Under the pieces are notes generated by a model. The model saw only the letters and a program-made list of their open reading frames with translations. It was not told where the DNA came from and searched no databases. A stretch of 64,000 nt of DNA from contig NMRA01000074.1 of assembly GCA_002633005.1 (NCBI GenBank), positions 140,791-204,790 of the forward strand, written 5' to 3'. Positions 41,801 through 56,800 of this stretch are shown piece by piece. The translations under genes were made by a program, and so were the position numbers. The first letter of the stretch is position 1; every line of letters starts with the position of its first letter. The DNA is from Phoronis australis (lineage: Eukaryota > Animalia > Phoronida).

Positions 41801-44800
41801 AAAAAGCGGAAATCCGCGTTTCCACGGAAAATTCCAAGCCTTGGTATATGTGATGAAACCAGATGCATTTTCAAAAAAGGTATAATTGCAGCCTCTAGAG
41901 GTCGTTAGTATCTGATCTCATGAGATCAGCCACCACGTTGCTAGTTGAAAGCCTCCCATTACCAAGAAACCAAAACTCACAAATTAGCCAGGCCTATACA
42001 ACATCAGTGTTTCCCCTGGGTTTTGCAAGGAGCGTGGTGGCGAATGACCAAAACGGGGTCAATGCAAAGCACATTGCCGCACGCAAATATGAGAAATGGG
42101 ATCCCCCTATTAGCTGGGTTTTGAAAGGAGCATGGTGGTGAATGCTCGACGCGGATGTGGAACACGGCACCACATACGAGCATGGGATGAAGTGAGATCC
42201 TCCCATCAGGGAAGAGGGTTGGAGAGGCCTTCCCCGCAGGCAAAATTTGAAAATTAGATGTAATTGGGTGCAGTTTGCTCATCATAGACAACATAGACAA
42301 GACCTTAACCCTAGCATTATGTAGTGAAGTATCTGGGTAAAGAACACTTCGCAAGACAAGTTGGGAATGAAGTGTCCGGCATAGTGATAGTGTGATCTCT
42401 TGAGTACAAAAAACAGTGTTAAAATTCAGTTATCCATGAAGTGACAAACATAGATCAAAAATATTTCAACTTTGTAGACATTATAAACTAATTTGTGTAA
42501 TGAAACTTCCGTTGGTACCGTCTTGCTAAACATAAATCAGTGACAGTGGATTGGCGTTGGCCGGTGTAGCAGATGATGTAATAATCCAGTCCATGCAGAT
42601 GAATCTGAGACTGGTTAACATTCAATATCCTCATTTTGGTGCAGGCAGGGCTATTGTTGATTAAACAGTTGGATGTCACGCCTTGCAGTATAAAAATGAA
42701 TGAAGCAGAAATCTTATTGTTTCTTACTTCATTAGCGAGCCCAGGTGCTTTCCCATTTTAGAAAATTCGTATTGAAGTCGTTGCCTGGTCCCCGGCTGTA
42801 TTAAGTATATAATATGCATTTGTCGGATAACCAGGCAGAAACGAGGTACGAAAGGAGATTAGGGATTGAATGACTGTTTAACGGGGGCACAATTCAAGAT
42901 CCCATTGTAAAAATATTATTTTTCTCTTTCGATCCACAAACAGCGAGAGGTGCCATGTGACTTATACTTACCGTATTCGCCGTAATAACCGCCCAGGGCG
43001 CTTAGAAAAGTTTGGTTCAGGGGGGGCGCTTATTATAACCCAAGGCGGTTGAAACCCGGTCTCCGAAACGGGTGAAATCGGAAGCTAAGATTCACCAAAT
43101 TTACGCTCTTTGACGTATATGTAATCTATGAAAGACTTTCAACAAAACTGTGGTGCATTGCTATCAAACTTTCCTGCTAAATTGCGATCATTTTACAGAA
43201 AATTGTGCTGAAATCCCAGGGTGAAAACTCGCCAACTGACTGCTTCGAAATCGTCGTCTTCGATATGGCGACTTCAATGCTTGAATAAAAATGGTTTCGA
43301 TAAAGTACCTGAAATCCTCATTAAGTTTTATAAGTAGCGTCTCTAAGGTCTTTAAGTTCCCGTGGAGTCTGGATTAACGGCAGGTTTAAGTATAAATCTG
43401 AGCAACATCGTGCCATCTACATGTATGATCGGCAACACGGTGAGAAAAATGCCTGGACGAATACGCATGTTGTGACGTTTGTTTTGAAGTTCATCTGCGA
43501 ATTAGCGAGTGCGTGCGTGTCACCAGAGTTCATTTGCCAAAGCAGAGACCGTCTTTCGGCCAGAGCCACGCAATCTAACTAGATGTGTCTAAAGAAATTT
43601 GCACAAGCAGTAGGCCTAAACCAGAGCGTGTTTCATTCAGCACTTGCCGGTCTCGTGCTAAAAACTTTAGACATTTGTCTCGGCAAGGCCCATATTAGTC
43701 GCCGTGTAGCTGAATACGTATGTAACTATCTGACAGTTATTTTTTGGTGTAAGGGTGTGTAAGCATTCACTGTCAGTTGTCATTTTATCGGATATTCGGC
43801 TTAATAACACCAATTATGGTTAATCAAACAATCCATCTCAAAAATAACGCAAACATGTTTATAGTATTAGAAATTGTCAGAAATTAGTTCCAATATTCAT
43901 TTCTTATCGATGCTATGCTACCCGCTTCATGAATGGATAGTTCCCAACTTATGTCTTTGATGACAGGTTATGTAGCGCGCGCTTCCTGGCCACATGCGTT
44001 TAACACTGAGCTATTTTTATTCATGAGACGGTCGATGTGTCTACTGAAAGGTCAGACCATGGGACACGGTCGTCGCGAGAGCGTAGCAACGCTGTTGCGT
44101 TCTTTTTGAAGCGCTGCGTTACTTTGTCGTTGCGTTCTTTTTGAAGCGCTGCGTTACTTTGTCACGGCTAAATACAAACGTAGCAGTGCCACTGGCGGTC
44201 TAGAAGACCCGTGCAAAAATGTTTTGATAAATTGAAGACGTTACTGTAGCCGAGTTTTAGGACTGTAGGTACGTCATTGTTCGCATGTACACGTTCATGG
44301 ACTGGGCGCTTATTTCAGCAAAGTCTGAAAACGCGTGGGGGGGGTGCTTATAGGGGCATGCCTGGGCGGTTATTACGGCGAATACGGTATTCATAATTAC
44401 TAGCGATCATTTTTACTAGCGATGATTTTTACTAGCGATCATTTTTACTAGCGATCATTTTTACTAGCTATCCTTTTTACTAGCTATCCTTTTTACTGAC
44501 GATCCTTTTTACTGGCGATCCTTTTTACTGGCGATCCTTTTTACTGGCGATCCTTTTTACTGGCTATCATTTTTACTGGCGATCATTTTTACTAGCGATC
44601 ATTTTTACTAGCGATTTTTGAGTGGTGGTGAAGTTTCCCCGTCACGATTAGGTGTATGGTGGTCAATTTGAGTTTGATTTACGAGTGGCGGGGCCAAAAA
44701 GGACCGGGGCGGGCCGCCCAGAAGTTTACACGCAGGGGAAACCCTGCAACATGAAAGCATCACTTCAACAAACCTGACCAGAAGCATCCACCAGTAATGT

Positions 44801-47800
44801 CAAAAAGCTACCTGTCAATCAAATTCACTCACCAATCAGATCCTCCCATGTTTTGGCCTTGTTGCCCTTCAAGGACACCTGAGTTTCCCAAGTCTCAGGA
44901 GTGGGCAGCTTCATCCGTTTGCCCGCCTTCTCTTCTTCCCACATTCCAGGCAGACGCAGTTTGTAGAACTCCTCCAGAGTTTCTGGGTATCTGAACAAGA
45001 CAGAACACTTAAACTTCATACTCAAAAGATGAAGACTTTTCATTCCAAAGAAATTATACTTAATTATATTTTGACAAACTGAACTTCCAATAAATGATAA
45101 CAAAATGCGCTTACTGAGTATATTCGATAAGGCCATCTTGGATTACACAGCGATAGAACTCTCCTTCGTCCCGTAGGATAAAAAGTGCATTGTTTTCATT
45201 GGTCTCATTTTTAGAATGCCGGGAACATTTTCACAGGTCGTGTCAGAAACCGAACTTAACATCACACATCCTAGGAAATTTGTCAACTTTATCCAACTTT
45301 CTCCCATCAAGGGTTGCAGCCCACAGCACAGCAACAATATTTAGTTGGCATTGGAAAGACAAATGAGAGTAATGCAGCCGATAAAAACTCCAGTGGCGTG
45401 AAAAAAGTTTCAAATTTAAATTGGAATGCTTGATGGATTTTGCAGCACCGTGGGTAAACACAGCAAGATCTTCTGAGTCTCACCTTGTAATTTGGGACTG
45501 CCCTATTGAGGAGCTATTTAAATGTTTCCTATTTCAATAACAATTTCAGTGTTCTTTGTTTTCATAATGTTCATACAGTCACAGCAAAACAATCGCTGTG
45601 TCGAGTTTTTGTCAGCTCAGATGTTCCACTCATTGGAAAATAAGAATCAAAATGACAGTTTCTCTACCATCTGTAACTAAATTTAACAAATTCTTGCTTT
45701 TTAAAATATAGTTTTCAACATTATAATATTGACAAAAATCTTTTCACAACAACCTTTGTGCATGAGACTTGACAAGTGAAAACCATTGCAAAGTATACAT
45801 GTGAAAAAATTATAAATCGCACCTAGATATGTCCATTGTTAAGTGCATACTATAGGAATATTTAGAGGGTAAAACCTAACACTCCTAAGTAACAGGGTTG
45901 GGACTTATAGTCATTCCTGAACCCAGTCCCAAACAAAGGAAACATTCATTAAATGTGAATGAGTTTGCCATCTGTGCCATTTAGGTCACAAGAGTCATGA
46001 ATGACTAAGAGTGATTCGTAGGGAATGCCTTGTATCACTGAATGACTGTGTCTCCGATAAGTGCATCACCGAGCAACAACTTATGATTTATCACGTACCA
46101 CGACATAGCAATTCTTACTTTTTACCGATCAAGCACATAACGTGATCGACAGGTTCCGCTATGTGTAGCTTGCGTATCAGTTGCTTCAATGTGAATGACA
46201 AGCGTTCCAGTTCTTCTTCAGACTCACTGTCACTGCTCTGTAGATGAGAAGAGTTAATTTAACAAGAGCAACGCAGAGCGTTGAAATGCGCCCACAATTG
46301 CACCGCATACGGTATCCTTCTAGGGTTGTTTATTGGTACCATAAAGTGGCCAGTAGAGGGCATATATGTAGTATGTTGTACTTAGCAAAATGGAAAGGCA
46401 TCAGGATGGTCATTGTCTCCTCAATAGGCTAGGGGCAAAATGTGAGTAATCTTCATAATACAAGCACATCCTATGCACCAGTTGCTTAAAGCACCACAGA
46501 AACATAGAATTAAAAACAAATTTACCAACATACGAGATTAGCACAGCATTAGAATGCCAGAAACAAATTTCTACTTGGAACTTTTCCTTCACAGTCACGA
46601 AGTAACACAAAGTATACACCTGAAGACCTATGAAAATACAGAGGTCAATGTAAAATACTAAAATTGCCACTAGAGGCAAATACTAAAATTGCCACTAGAG
46701 GCATACCGGTAATCAGAATCATCCTAAAGTCGTCATCGTCCGTTGTCAACATCACATAAATACACTTGCTAAATTTAGTAAAGATCCTGCAAACGGTTTG
46801 GGAGATACAGCCATGGGCGCAAAAAAACAAAACTGCCACTAGGAGGCGCCACAGTAGTCCAAATCGTCTGAAAATCATTGTCAGCTGTCTTCCTTATAGT
46901 AAGCACATACACGCCAATTTTCACAATCATCCTTTGAGCGGTTTGGTTGATAGAGGGGTGGACGCAAAAATACAGACTCGAAAACAGTAAAAATGGCCAC
47001 TAGGTGGCGCAAACTACGTCGAATCCATCTGAAAACAGTAGGATAGCGTCATCTCACTAATAGGTGCCTACATACCAAATTTCATGAAAATCCGTTCAAT
47101 ACTTTTGAAGATACAAAGGTAAGCGTAAAAAACTAAAATTGCCACTAGGGGGCACACCGGTAGTCGGATCCGACCAAAAGTCGTCATCTTCCGTTGTTAA
47201 CATCATATAAATATACTTACACAATTTGTAAAGATCCTGCGAACGGTTTAGGAGATACAGCCATAGGCGCAAAAAAACAAAACTGCCACTAGGAGGCGCC
47301 ACAGTAGTCGAAATCGTCGGAAAATCATCGTCAACCGTCCTCTACATAGTAAGCATATACATGCCAATTTTCACAATCATCCTTTGAGCGGTTTGGTTGA
47401 TAGAGGGGTGGACGCACAAAAACAGACTCGAAAACACTAAAAATGGCCACTAGGTGGCGCAAACTATGTCGAATCCATCTGAAAACGGGAGGATAGCGTC
47501 ATCTCACTAATAGGTGCCTACATACCAAATTTCATGAAAATCCAATAAGGACTTGTGAAGATACAAAGGTAAGCGTAAAAAAATTAAAATTGCCACTAGG
47601 GGGCACACCGGTAGTCGGATCCGTCCAAAAGTCGTCATCTTCCGTTGTTAACATCATATAAATATACTTACACAATTTCGTAAAGATCCTGCGAACGGTT
47701 TAGGAGATACAGCCATAGGCGCAAAAAAACAAAACTGCCACTAGGAGGCGCCACAGTAGTCGAAATCGTCGGAAAATCATCGTCAACCGTCCTCTACATA

Positions 47801-50800
47801 GTAAGCATATACATGCCAATTTTCACAATCATCCTTTGAGCGGTTTGGTTGATAGAGGGGTGGACGCACAAAAACAGACTCGAAAACACTAAAAATGGCC
47901 ACTAGGTGGCGCAAACTATGTCAAATCCATCTGAAAACGGGAGGATAGCGTCATCTCACTAAAAGGTGCCTACATACCAAATTTCATGAAAATCCGTTAA
48001 GGACTTGTGAAGATACAAAGGTAAGCGTAAAAAACTAAAATTGCCACTAGGGGGCACACCGGTAGTCGGATCCGTCCGAAAGTTCGCACATGCCGTCCCA
48101 TTCATGTATGGAACATATGTGCCAAATTTCATGAACGTATGTCAAAGGGTTTTGGAGATAGAGCAGCAGACGCCGGACGCCAGACGCCGGACGCCGCCCG
48201 GACGGACGGACGGACGGACAGAGATGACGGCATAATGCGTCCACATATAAATATGTGGGCGCATAATAAATGAGCTTGTCTCCTACATCCTTTGCTTTGC
48301 GTGAAACTGGATAACAAATTCTTGTTACCGAAACAAATTCTTGTTACCTCTTTTTCATCGGTTTGGAACACCAAATGAATTTATTCAAGTGAAAGAAAAA
48401 TGACAAAAAAGGATTTCAGAGAATGGATCTGTATGCAAACAATTGGATCGTCTTTAGATTATCAGGTTATTAAAGGTTACAAATTTAGGTCTAAGCTTTT
48501 TCAAGCATCAGACAACACACAAAAATTTGAAAATGATGTACTTAGAATATCCAATTCAGTTGCTCGACTCAGATTACATGTGATAGCATGCACAAAAACT
48601 CTCTCAGTTTCAACCTTTGGAAATGAATTTATTTGTTCACAAGTAAATACTTATTTCTGATCATTAACTCTAACAAAAATGTAGCAGTACATGACAAAAA
48701 TAATCTAGACAAATTAACCCGGAATTCTTCATCATGATGGCTGAGCACAATGAAATTCCCAGCCAAGGTCACTGAGTACAAGCAGATTTTAGAATGACTG
48801 TTATGACGAGGAAACAATACCTTATACAATTACTTCTGGTGTGTATGGTACCATTAAAAGAAAATCCCCAATTCCTTCAATAAGAAGCCAAACTGTTGTA
48901 CTGCAACTATTCCTACCTTCTCCACATCTGAATCAGAGTCCGATGATGAGGACGAGCTAGACAGTGAAGGTTTCCTTTTTGTGTCTTTTTGCTGCTTTGC
49001 TGTTTTCTGTTTCTTCTTCACAGATGATTCCTTGTTGTATTTTCCTAAAAAGAAACAAAAAACATTGGTTTAATTAAATACTCCACCTTTAAAACAAGAC
49101 TGGGTACAAGTGGCTTGGGTGATGACAATTTTCAGAAACAATGGCTAAATGTTAATGACTTCACTGGTTCACCAGGTGAACATACTAAGACATCTGAATG
49201 GTTCAAAAGCCGGAAGTCCTCATCAAGAAACAATCGCGTTTTACTTGTTTGATCCGGCTGAACTGGCAAATGCAAGTGAGTGTGTCCAATCTGTCAGATG
49301 GTTGTAACACTTTAGATATGTTTAACTAGAATTGTTTTGGCAGTCCACACTTGCAACGGCTTCTGTTAGTATCCCTAGAATATCTGCACTACAATAACTG
49401 CCTTTCACAAACTCTGATGCTCCAGTGGTGAGAGTGACAGACGGACAGTCCAAAGGTCACAAGTTTAATCCCTGGCTCAGCATTGCAGCCATATATTTGT
49501 GTCTGTTCGAGCGAGACGCTTTAACTGCATTGCTCCAGTCAGTTTGGCTCTAAAAATGATTACCAGGAAGTAACCTGTGATGGATTAGTATCCCAAATAT
49601 CAAAGACGTCCACTCACACTACAGAAACCGGAGTTAGCAACCAGCCTAATAAGCTTAAGGTAGTTTTCCACAGTATGTACATGTAAGCGAACACAGGATT
49701 CAAATTATTGTTTGTGTTGGCGTCAGACTTTCGTTAATGAGTGTTCCACATGCGTGACTTAAACACTTCGCTGACGCATTATTCCTACAGCCTGAAGGTA
49801 CTCTACTGGTTGTCCATTATGCCCCATTTTTCCATTTATGCATCAGATGGTAAACAAGATGGAGAAAGAATTGTCCAATGCTATGTCTGGCTAAATACTA
49901 TTTGAATTACCAAAGATTCAAGTAAAATGTAGCCATGCTTGGAATCATTCACATATGAATCATTCAACCACTTAATGAATAACTATAATAATTGAAAAAT
50001 CCTTTTCACAAATCAGCGAGATTTGTAAAGTTCTTTTACTTAATAGATGGTCATCCTCTTTGTGTTCCCCAGACATGAAAGTGACGTGGGAATGAAAGAA
50101 CACTCACTAATTCAATGCATCTTGTGTTTGAAAGGAATGGACAAAAACACATACATTACAACCACTTTAAGACATGCACATAATATATGCAGGAAGAAAT
50201 AGCCGCCCGCAGCTTCAAGTGAAGCTCTTGTACCAATATGTACAACATTAATACAAGACGGTACTTTCTTTCAAAAAATGAATTAGTTCGGTTGTGCATA
50301 GGACTAAATACATGCCTATCTTCTAAATAGATGACTGAACTCTCCCTTTTATCAGTTGCGACTGCATATGAAGTCTTACAAAAGAACCTACCTAACTGAT
50401 ACACATCAAACTCAGGGAACTTGGCCACCATAGCTTTTCTCAATGCCGAAGGAAGGGACCCATGTTTCACAGTTTTGTCATAAAATGCCTGCAAAACATT
50501 TATTAATGTAACAGTTAAACAATTAACTGAGGGAATCATTGTAAGTTGACAAATAGGCACGGGTAATTTAGTGACGACATATTTAGTGAACATATCACAC
50601 GATGCAAAAACAGTGCAGTATACACCGAGTCTAAATTTCCAGCAAAAGGGAATAGAGCGAAAGACCACAGAACAGTATACGATAGAGCTAGAAATAAATC
50701 TAAAAATACATCATTTAGAAGCTGTTAAGAATATGTTCCCTAAGTGCAACATAAAGACTTGTAACAACTACATTGCACAGTGTATCAGTCCTACTTCATG

Positions 50801-53800
50801 ATCTGCATGGACGTTTTTATCATAGGGGAATACAACATAGTTTCTATCTATATATGAAGCACCAAAGCACATTCAAAATAGGAAAAACCATTGGTGAACA
50901 AGTCATTTGTCATCAGACAAAATGTCGTTTCTCCGTCAAGAAGGTCATTACCAGTCATGACAGCACAGTGAATTACAATAATTTTTCACTTAGCTATCTT
51001 GACGGGACTTCCACTTGCATTCGTATTTAATTACAATAGATACAAACCTGAAACTGTTCGGCCACATCGATCCAATCAGACGGGAGACGGATTGACCTGC
51101 AGTAGTACTTTTTCAAATATGGTCGGCACAGCTTACTGTTCGACGCAAATGCCAGCAAGAAGTTGGCAGTAGTCCGAATGTTCAGCTCATTACGTGTGTA
51201 CAGAGCAACCTGAATTGAAAAACAAGAGTCTTGGTCGGTTTTATGAGTACACAATAAAAAAGGAAAAGTGACAAAAGTCCTGTTAAGTGACACAAGCATG
51301 AATTAAGAAATAATTTATGTACTATCAATATTAGGGACTAACTAGCCAAAGATCTTCAAAACCTACCCTGCTCAAAACATTAACAGCATGATAGTATACA
51401 AACTTCCAAGTTCTGATTTTACGTAATGTATAGTATGAGGTTAGATTAGTAAAACATCAACGGGGCTCGATTAAACCACCTGTTGGTTGTTAACGCGACC
51501 TAACATTTTCTTAGGTGGACAGGAAAAATCCCAAGTCACTACCCACAGATCAGAGCACATGCTCAAAATACTATTGGAAGGAAACTCAGATAAACGGAAT
51601 TAATGGACCAAAACCAGAAGGGACAGTTCACGACTCCAGCACAGATAACGTGACCTGGTTGCCTGGTTCGCTTTGGTAGGAGGTGAGCCAGCACAGGACA
51701 CTGGGCCTAAGGGGGAACATTTGGTTCTTACCTAGCACATGATACAAGTTCAAATTTTCATTTAAAATGAAAATGAAAAAGGCCACCCGGCCGAACTCAG
51801 GTGTTTTGGCAGACACTAATCAGTTTGCCAGTACCTCGTTTTGTTTTTGGCTGTTTCCAACAACGTGTCACTTGAAGAGGCCATGATTTGCGTACAGGAT
51901 TTCCTCGTTTTGGTGACCTCATTTCCCTTTGGCAACCAGGGAACTGTGCCATATCACATTTGGCAAGTTGATGTTATGCTAAACGGCTAGCCCCGAACAA
52001 CAATACCTTAAGAACAAACTCGGCATCGTAGAACGCCACCTTGTCTGCCATGTGACAGAGTTCAAGGCGCGTGGGGTCCTTAGATTCCTTGAAGTCTGGT
52101 GCGCAAATCAAAGAGGCACTTACAGCATTAATGAGAGTTTGCTGGAACAAAGAGCAAAAATATCCCACTCAGTGATGTTCGGTAGCACAAATTATTTTTG
52201 GGTTAAATAAGTTAAAGAAAAGTGCTTGCGAGACAATTCAGTATTGAAAAAACCATCCAATATGGTAAAACTACAGTAATGCATAACGTAAGACAAAGAG
52301 TAAAAATTTAATTAAGACATTCACTGCTGATGAACGCTTTATTTAAGCTGGTCTTTTCTGCAGCGCTTACAAACTGAGAAGCTTGCATTAAGTATCAACC
52401 TTAAGGCATAATTTTATAGTAAAATTATCCAAAACTTGTAATGTAATGATTCTAATGTCATCTCTTCAAACAAATATAATTGTCAAAAATGATCCATTAA
52501 AATAATTTTTTCAAAGCCTTCTAACATTGTTGCGAATACCCAGTTTCTCAAAACATTGCCTGATGGTAGATATGGAATAGAACTGTAAAATGTTGAAGTA
52601 CTGGCTTGGTGCTACTTCTCTTTCGTGGGAAAACGAGGAAATAAAATTTCACTTTTCAGCCATATTGTGTCCTACAGCACACATCACAAATTTTTGGCCG
52701 CCCGGTCGGAAATTGGTCGACGACTAGCCGTCGACCGGTCGGCTAATTTGCCGACCGGTCGGCTAAAAATTAGCCGACCGGCAGCCGCCCGCAGTGCCGA
52801 CTCACAAGGCGACTCCCCAGCCGACCCTTCAGCCGACCGGCCATCAGCCGACCAGCTGGTCGGCTGCTATTTTTAGGCTAGAGTAGCAGTTGCGTAATAG
52901 GTTGTCAGGCTGATACCACTTTGCGTGTCGATGCATATTCGTCTTAGCACAGGGTCAAATAAATTAACCTAGTTTTACTGTCTCGGTTACATGAGTTCAC
53001 GTCGGTTGTGTAATACCACTAATTCGAAGGTTGAAGGCAAGCGGTAATAGTAAACATTGGATTATGGACAATGCAACAAGTTTTGGATGAAAAACGTGAA
53101 AGTTTTCTTTACATTTGATCTTTAATTTGACTCGTGACGTTAACAAGATGTATTAGATCGGTTGCTTCCCGGTCAATACAACGCTGTAGTCATTTTGTAA
53201 ACGCAGCTATTTTAGCAGTCTTCGCCCGCAGTTGATTTCAAGTTGTTTGTGTAACGCCAAACTGCATCTTTTTGCGTTTTTTTAAGTTAGTCACCGGTCT
53301 CCTGTCACGCGCCCATGATGATGGATTAGTGAGTGAGTTCTTACACCGCGAAAAGCTCTCACTCCAGGGATTTTATTTTCATAGTATTGACCCTTGCAGT
53401 ACAGACGCGAAATTCACGGTCCAGTATGCCCTAAACCCACGGACTTCGATGGCTCTAACTTCGAAATCATATTATGGTTACGATTTCCACGAACTAAGAC
53501 GGTGACATCACCACTGTTGAGGCTACAGCAAAGTAGCCTTGCGCATTCCGTTTTCAGTGTATCGGTGACGTTAAAATCTGGGCTAGCAGTTACATGTATA
53601 CACGTAGTCCCCTATCAGTTGGTCGTTCACGTTGTTCCAAAAATAAATATTTTCTGTCACCAACATATTGACAAATTATGCAAAATAAAACAATTGTGAA
53701 CGGCAAGATGTGAATACGTGGTGAAGAGGTATTTGTCTCTACGCGGCATATGTGCGTGAAACTTTGGTAAAGCGATTGCGATGGCAAAAAATGATAGAAA

Positions 53801-56800
53801 ATACACAAAGGTGCACTTTTGAGAAGCAAAGCGTCTGGTGATCTTGATAGCGTACATGTATGATCTGGCCACCTCAGGTAGTAAGTGACGCTGAATGAGA
53901 AGTGGTAACTACATGTTTGGCGCGAAAATAAAAAAATCATGCTTGTATTGCCAGCCACCCCCCTCCCCGAATTTTGCACATTCTAATGAGTCACCACTCG
54001 AGATTTGGTTCCGTTTCAGTCCTAAAATCGCATAATAATTCTGTGCTCAGCTGTAAGAAAAAATACAATTTTTTGAAACGGTGCTCAGTCTTAATAAAGT
54101 TTCCAGCATGAGAGCGCTTTGATCAGAAATGCCAAGCACACGCAGAGTTGTAAGACAGAGACGTTGGCGTTTCCGTATGTCCACAAAAGTGCTTTGAGCA
54201 GTGTGTACAAATTTGTTCATTTCGCTTTTCTGCACTGACGACTATGATCAACACGGTGTTTTAACTACACTTTTGAGTGCATTTTCAAAAATAAATGTTT
54301 GGTTGGTGAATTCAGCGAGTCGGTGCCCACGGGCAGGAAAACGTATCTGCGTAAATAAAGAGTTGCGTTTTCAAAACATTCAGAGCATGAGCTCAAGGAC
54401 TACCTGAGACAGAAAATAAAACCGATTACCAAACAGAAACTTGTCCAATGAATATATAGCTCTTGGAAAACTGTTACCCCGAAGAAATGTGCAAAATACG
54501 AACGTCGTTTACGAAAGATTGTACCAGAAGTGATTCGTTGCAGTGGAGCCGCACGGGATAGTAAAAACACTGTGCTGTGCACTAGTTACCTGAATGGAAA
54601 GCTGAAGCGGAAAAATCCAGAACACACATTTTCTATTCAGGAATTGAAATCTCTGTAGAATCAAAAACAATTGGCAACCAGGATTTATTGCGTTAGAAAA
54701 CTTATCACGCCCGGAGAGAATTGTTTTCATGCCCGGAGACTACGTGATCACCCATTATGCAATGATGACAATCCAGTGTGTACCTATACATTGGCATCTA
54801 TTGTAAAACGTGGATTAGACGAAAGAAATTCAACCCCATTTCGAAGATAATATGTCTGTTGTCGGCGAGAGGTTGAACATATAGCCCTTGTTTAGTATAG
54901 TACGGACAGTATCACTTTGAAAGATCAATGCTTGGGGATGGTGAATTCGTGTTCTGGCGTGAAAGTTACTGGCATGGTAAGTTTTTGAACCTGACTTATT
55001 AAATTTTCAGTTCGGTCGTATTTTATTTTGATCCTGAAGTGAAGAATTTTTGGTCCTCACTTGATAAATTATAGGTGCTGATGTGATAAATTTTCAGTCT
55101 TGACGTGGTGAATTTGGTCTTTATTTGCTCTTTGGTCTTCTGTGTGAAAACAATCTCAATGTATTGGATTGTTTTAATTCCTGCTTAAGTAAAATGTCTG
55201 GTTTTGAGATATTTATTTTTGGTCCTGGAGAGTTTGCATGTTTTGCTTGGTTTTAATCATGCATAGAAAAGATATGTCGTTAAATGTTTCAAATTAGGCC
55301 TCCCATAAATGGGGGGAGAGCAGGTTGTGTAGCATCGTACTATGTAACTTCTAATATAAATCTAGGTGTTCGTGATTTAGTAATACTATGAAAAATGAGT
55401 AGTTTTGACTATGAAAAATGAGTAGTTGAGGCTTCTTTTGAAATACTGTATCCTTTGTATATGCCTGGTGTACAAGGCTCAGTGTGATATTATCTAAGCT
55501 TTATTATCCTCTATGGCTTAACAACTATATATCTTCATTCATGCCTGTAAAAGAGGTACTCCCAGGATCATCAAGCATGTGTATGTTTTTATTCTAATGA
55601 GGCGTGCTTCGAATGTACAATTAGTAATTATACTTTTGCAGTGGTTCATAACAAACGGATTCATTAAACCCAGTAAATATTTTTGCAACTGCTGACTCTG
55701 CATATCAGACGTGCATATTGCATCATACCTCATCAGAGTAAAACTTGTTATCAATCATAGTAGAAAAAATTATTTTTATCATTGCCACAAGACGTTAACA
55801 AACGCAGTGAGTGTCTGTAACTGTTGTGTCTAGATTGCTGATGAACTAAAGTCGGTCTACATGTATTTCCATTTTTATATCACTGATTCATGCCAAAGGT
55901 TTGAAATTGCGCCCCTTTAAGAGTTTTGACTTGCCCTGTGATCACTAGAATCCGATGCAATAAACTTATAGAAGTTGTTTTTAACCAGTGTAATATAGCT
56001 GAAAATTGTGTGCGTTTTCGTTTGCGAGAATGTTCTTTTTGAATCAATGGGTTAATCATTTTACGCTCTACATGAAAACACAGACTACTTTTTTTAGGAT
56101 TACATGTACCAGGTTACCCCGAAAATATTATTTTCAAAGTTTTACCCCTTGGAGTATACGCGAAACGCCAAGTATTGTGTTCTTACGCGAAAGGGCTCGG
56201 AAGGCTGTAGCCTTGGTGCGAAGCTGTTTACTAAATTAAATATACAAATTTGCGCCATTGTGGGTAAAAACTGACCGAATAAAATCTTCCTAGAGTAAAC
56301 TAAATTATTTACCAGCGTTGCAAAAAATGGTTTTCTACAATTATTCTGCTGCTAAAGTTATGTTGTGATCTTATGCGTCGACTTTCGCCCCAATGAAATA
56401 TTGCGTCACCTTTTAGCCAGTTTCTTTTTCCCAGATTCTTCAATCAAACGTTCTCCCTCGAGGTTACGTAAACGTCACAACAAATGATCAGAATTGGTTT
56501 CACTTCATTATATGTTTTTGGAATTTTGATATCAGTGAACCGAATTTTAGAACAAATTTTGCTGAGATGTGTTCATCATCTAATGGGAGATGTTGAAAAC
56601 ATTTTGGAAGTGGCGCGTGTCACAATGAACTTTTTTCAAAACGACGATATACGTTTTTTCGTTAAAAAGGCAGAGAATTACGCAAGAAGATGACGTCGGA
56701 TGTTTCTCACTTAAACGGCCGTAACGGGCAACTTGAATGCCAATTGACTTCCAGATTTTGCATGCACACCCGCCAGTCTTGAGCTCATGTTGATACAAGT

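Larger units (their letters stand above)
42005..44746. mobile_element. Non-autonomous TIR transposon, family B copy 2 (carries nested element)
   Basis: caacat|cagtgtttcccctg...caggggaaaccctg|caacat: 6-bp TSD. Confidence 0.85.

Noticed and set aside
44088-44163. 35-bp direct repeat inside the pogo-like element (also short duplications at 6495-6535 and 55385-55428)
   Set aside because: Ordinary slippage-type duplications with no further structure.
51470-51710. Possible minus-strand tRNA-derived SINE
   Set aside because: Only a vague A-box-like head; B box and tail not recognisable.
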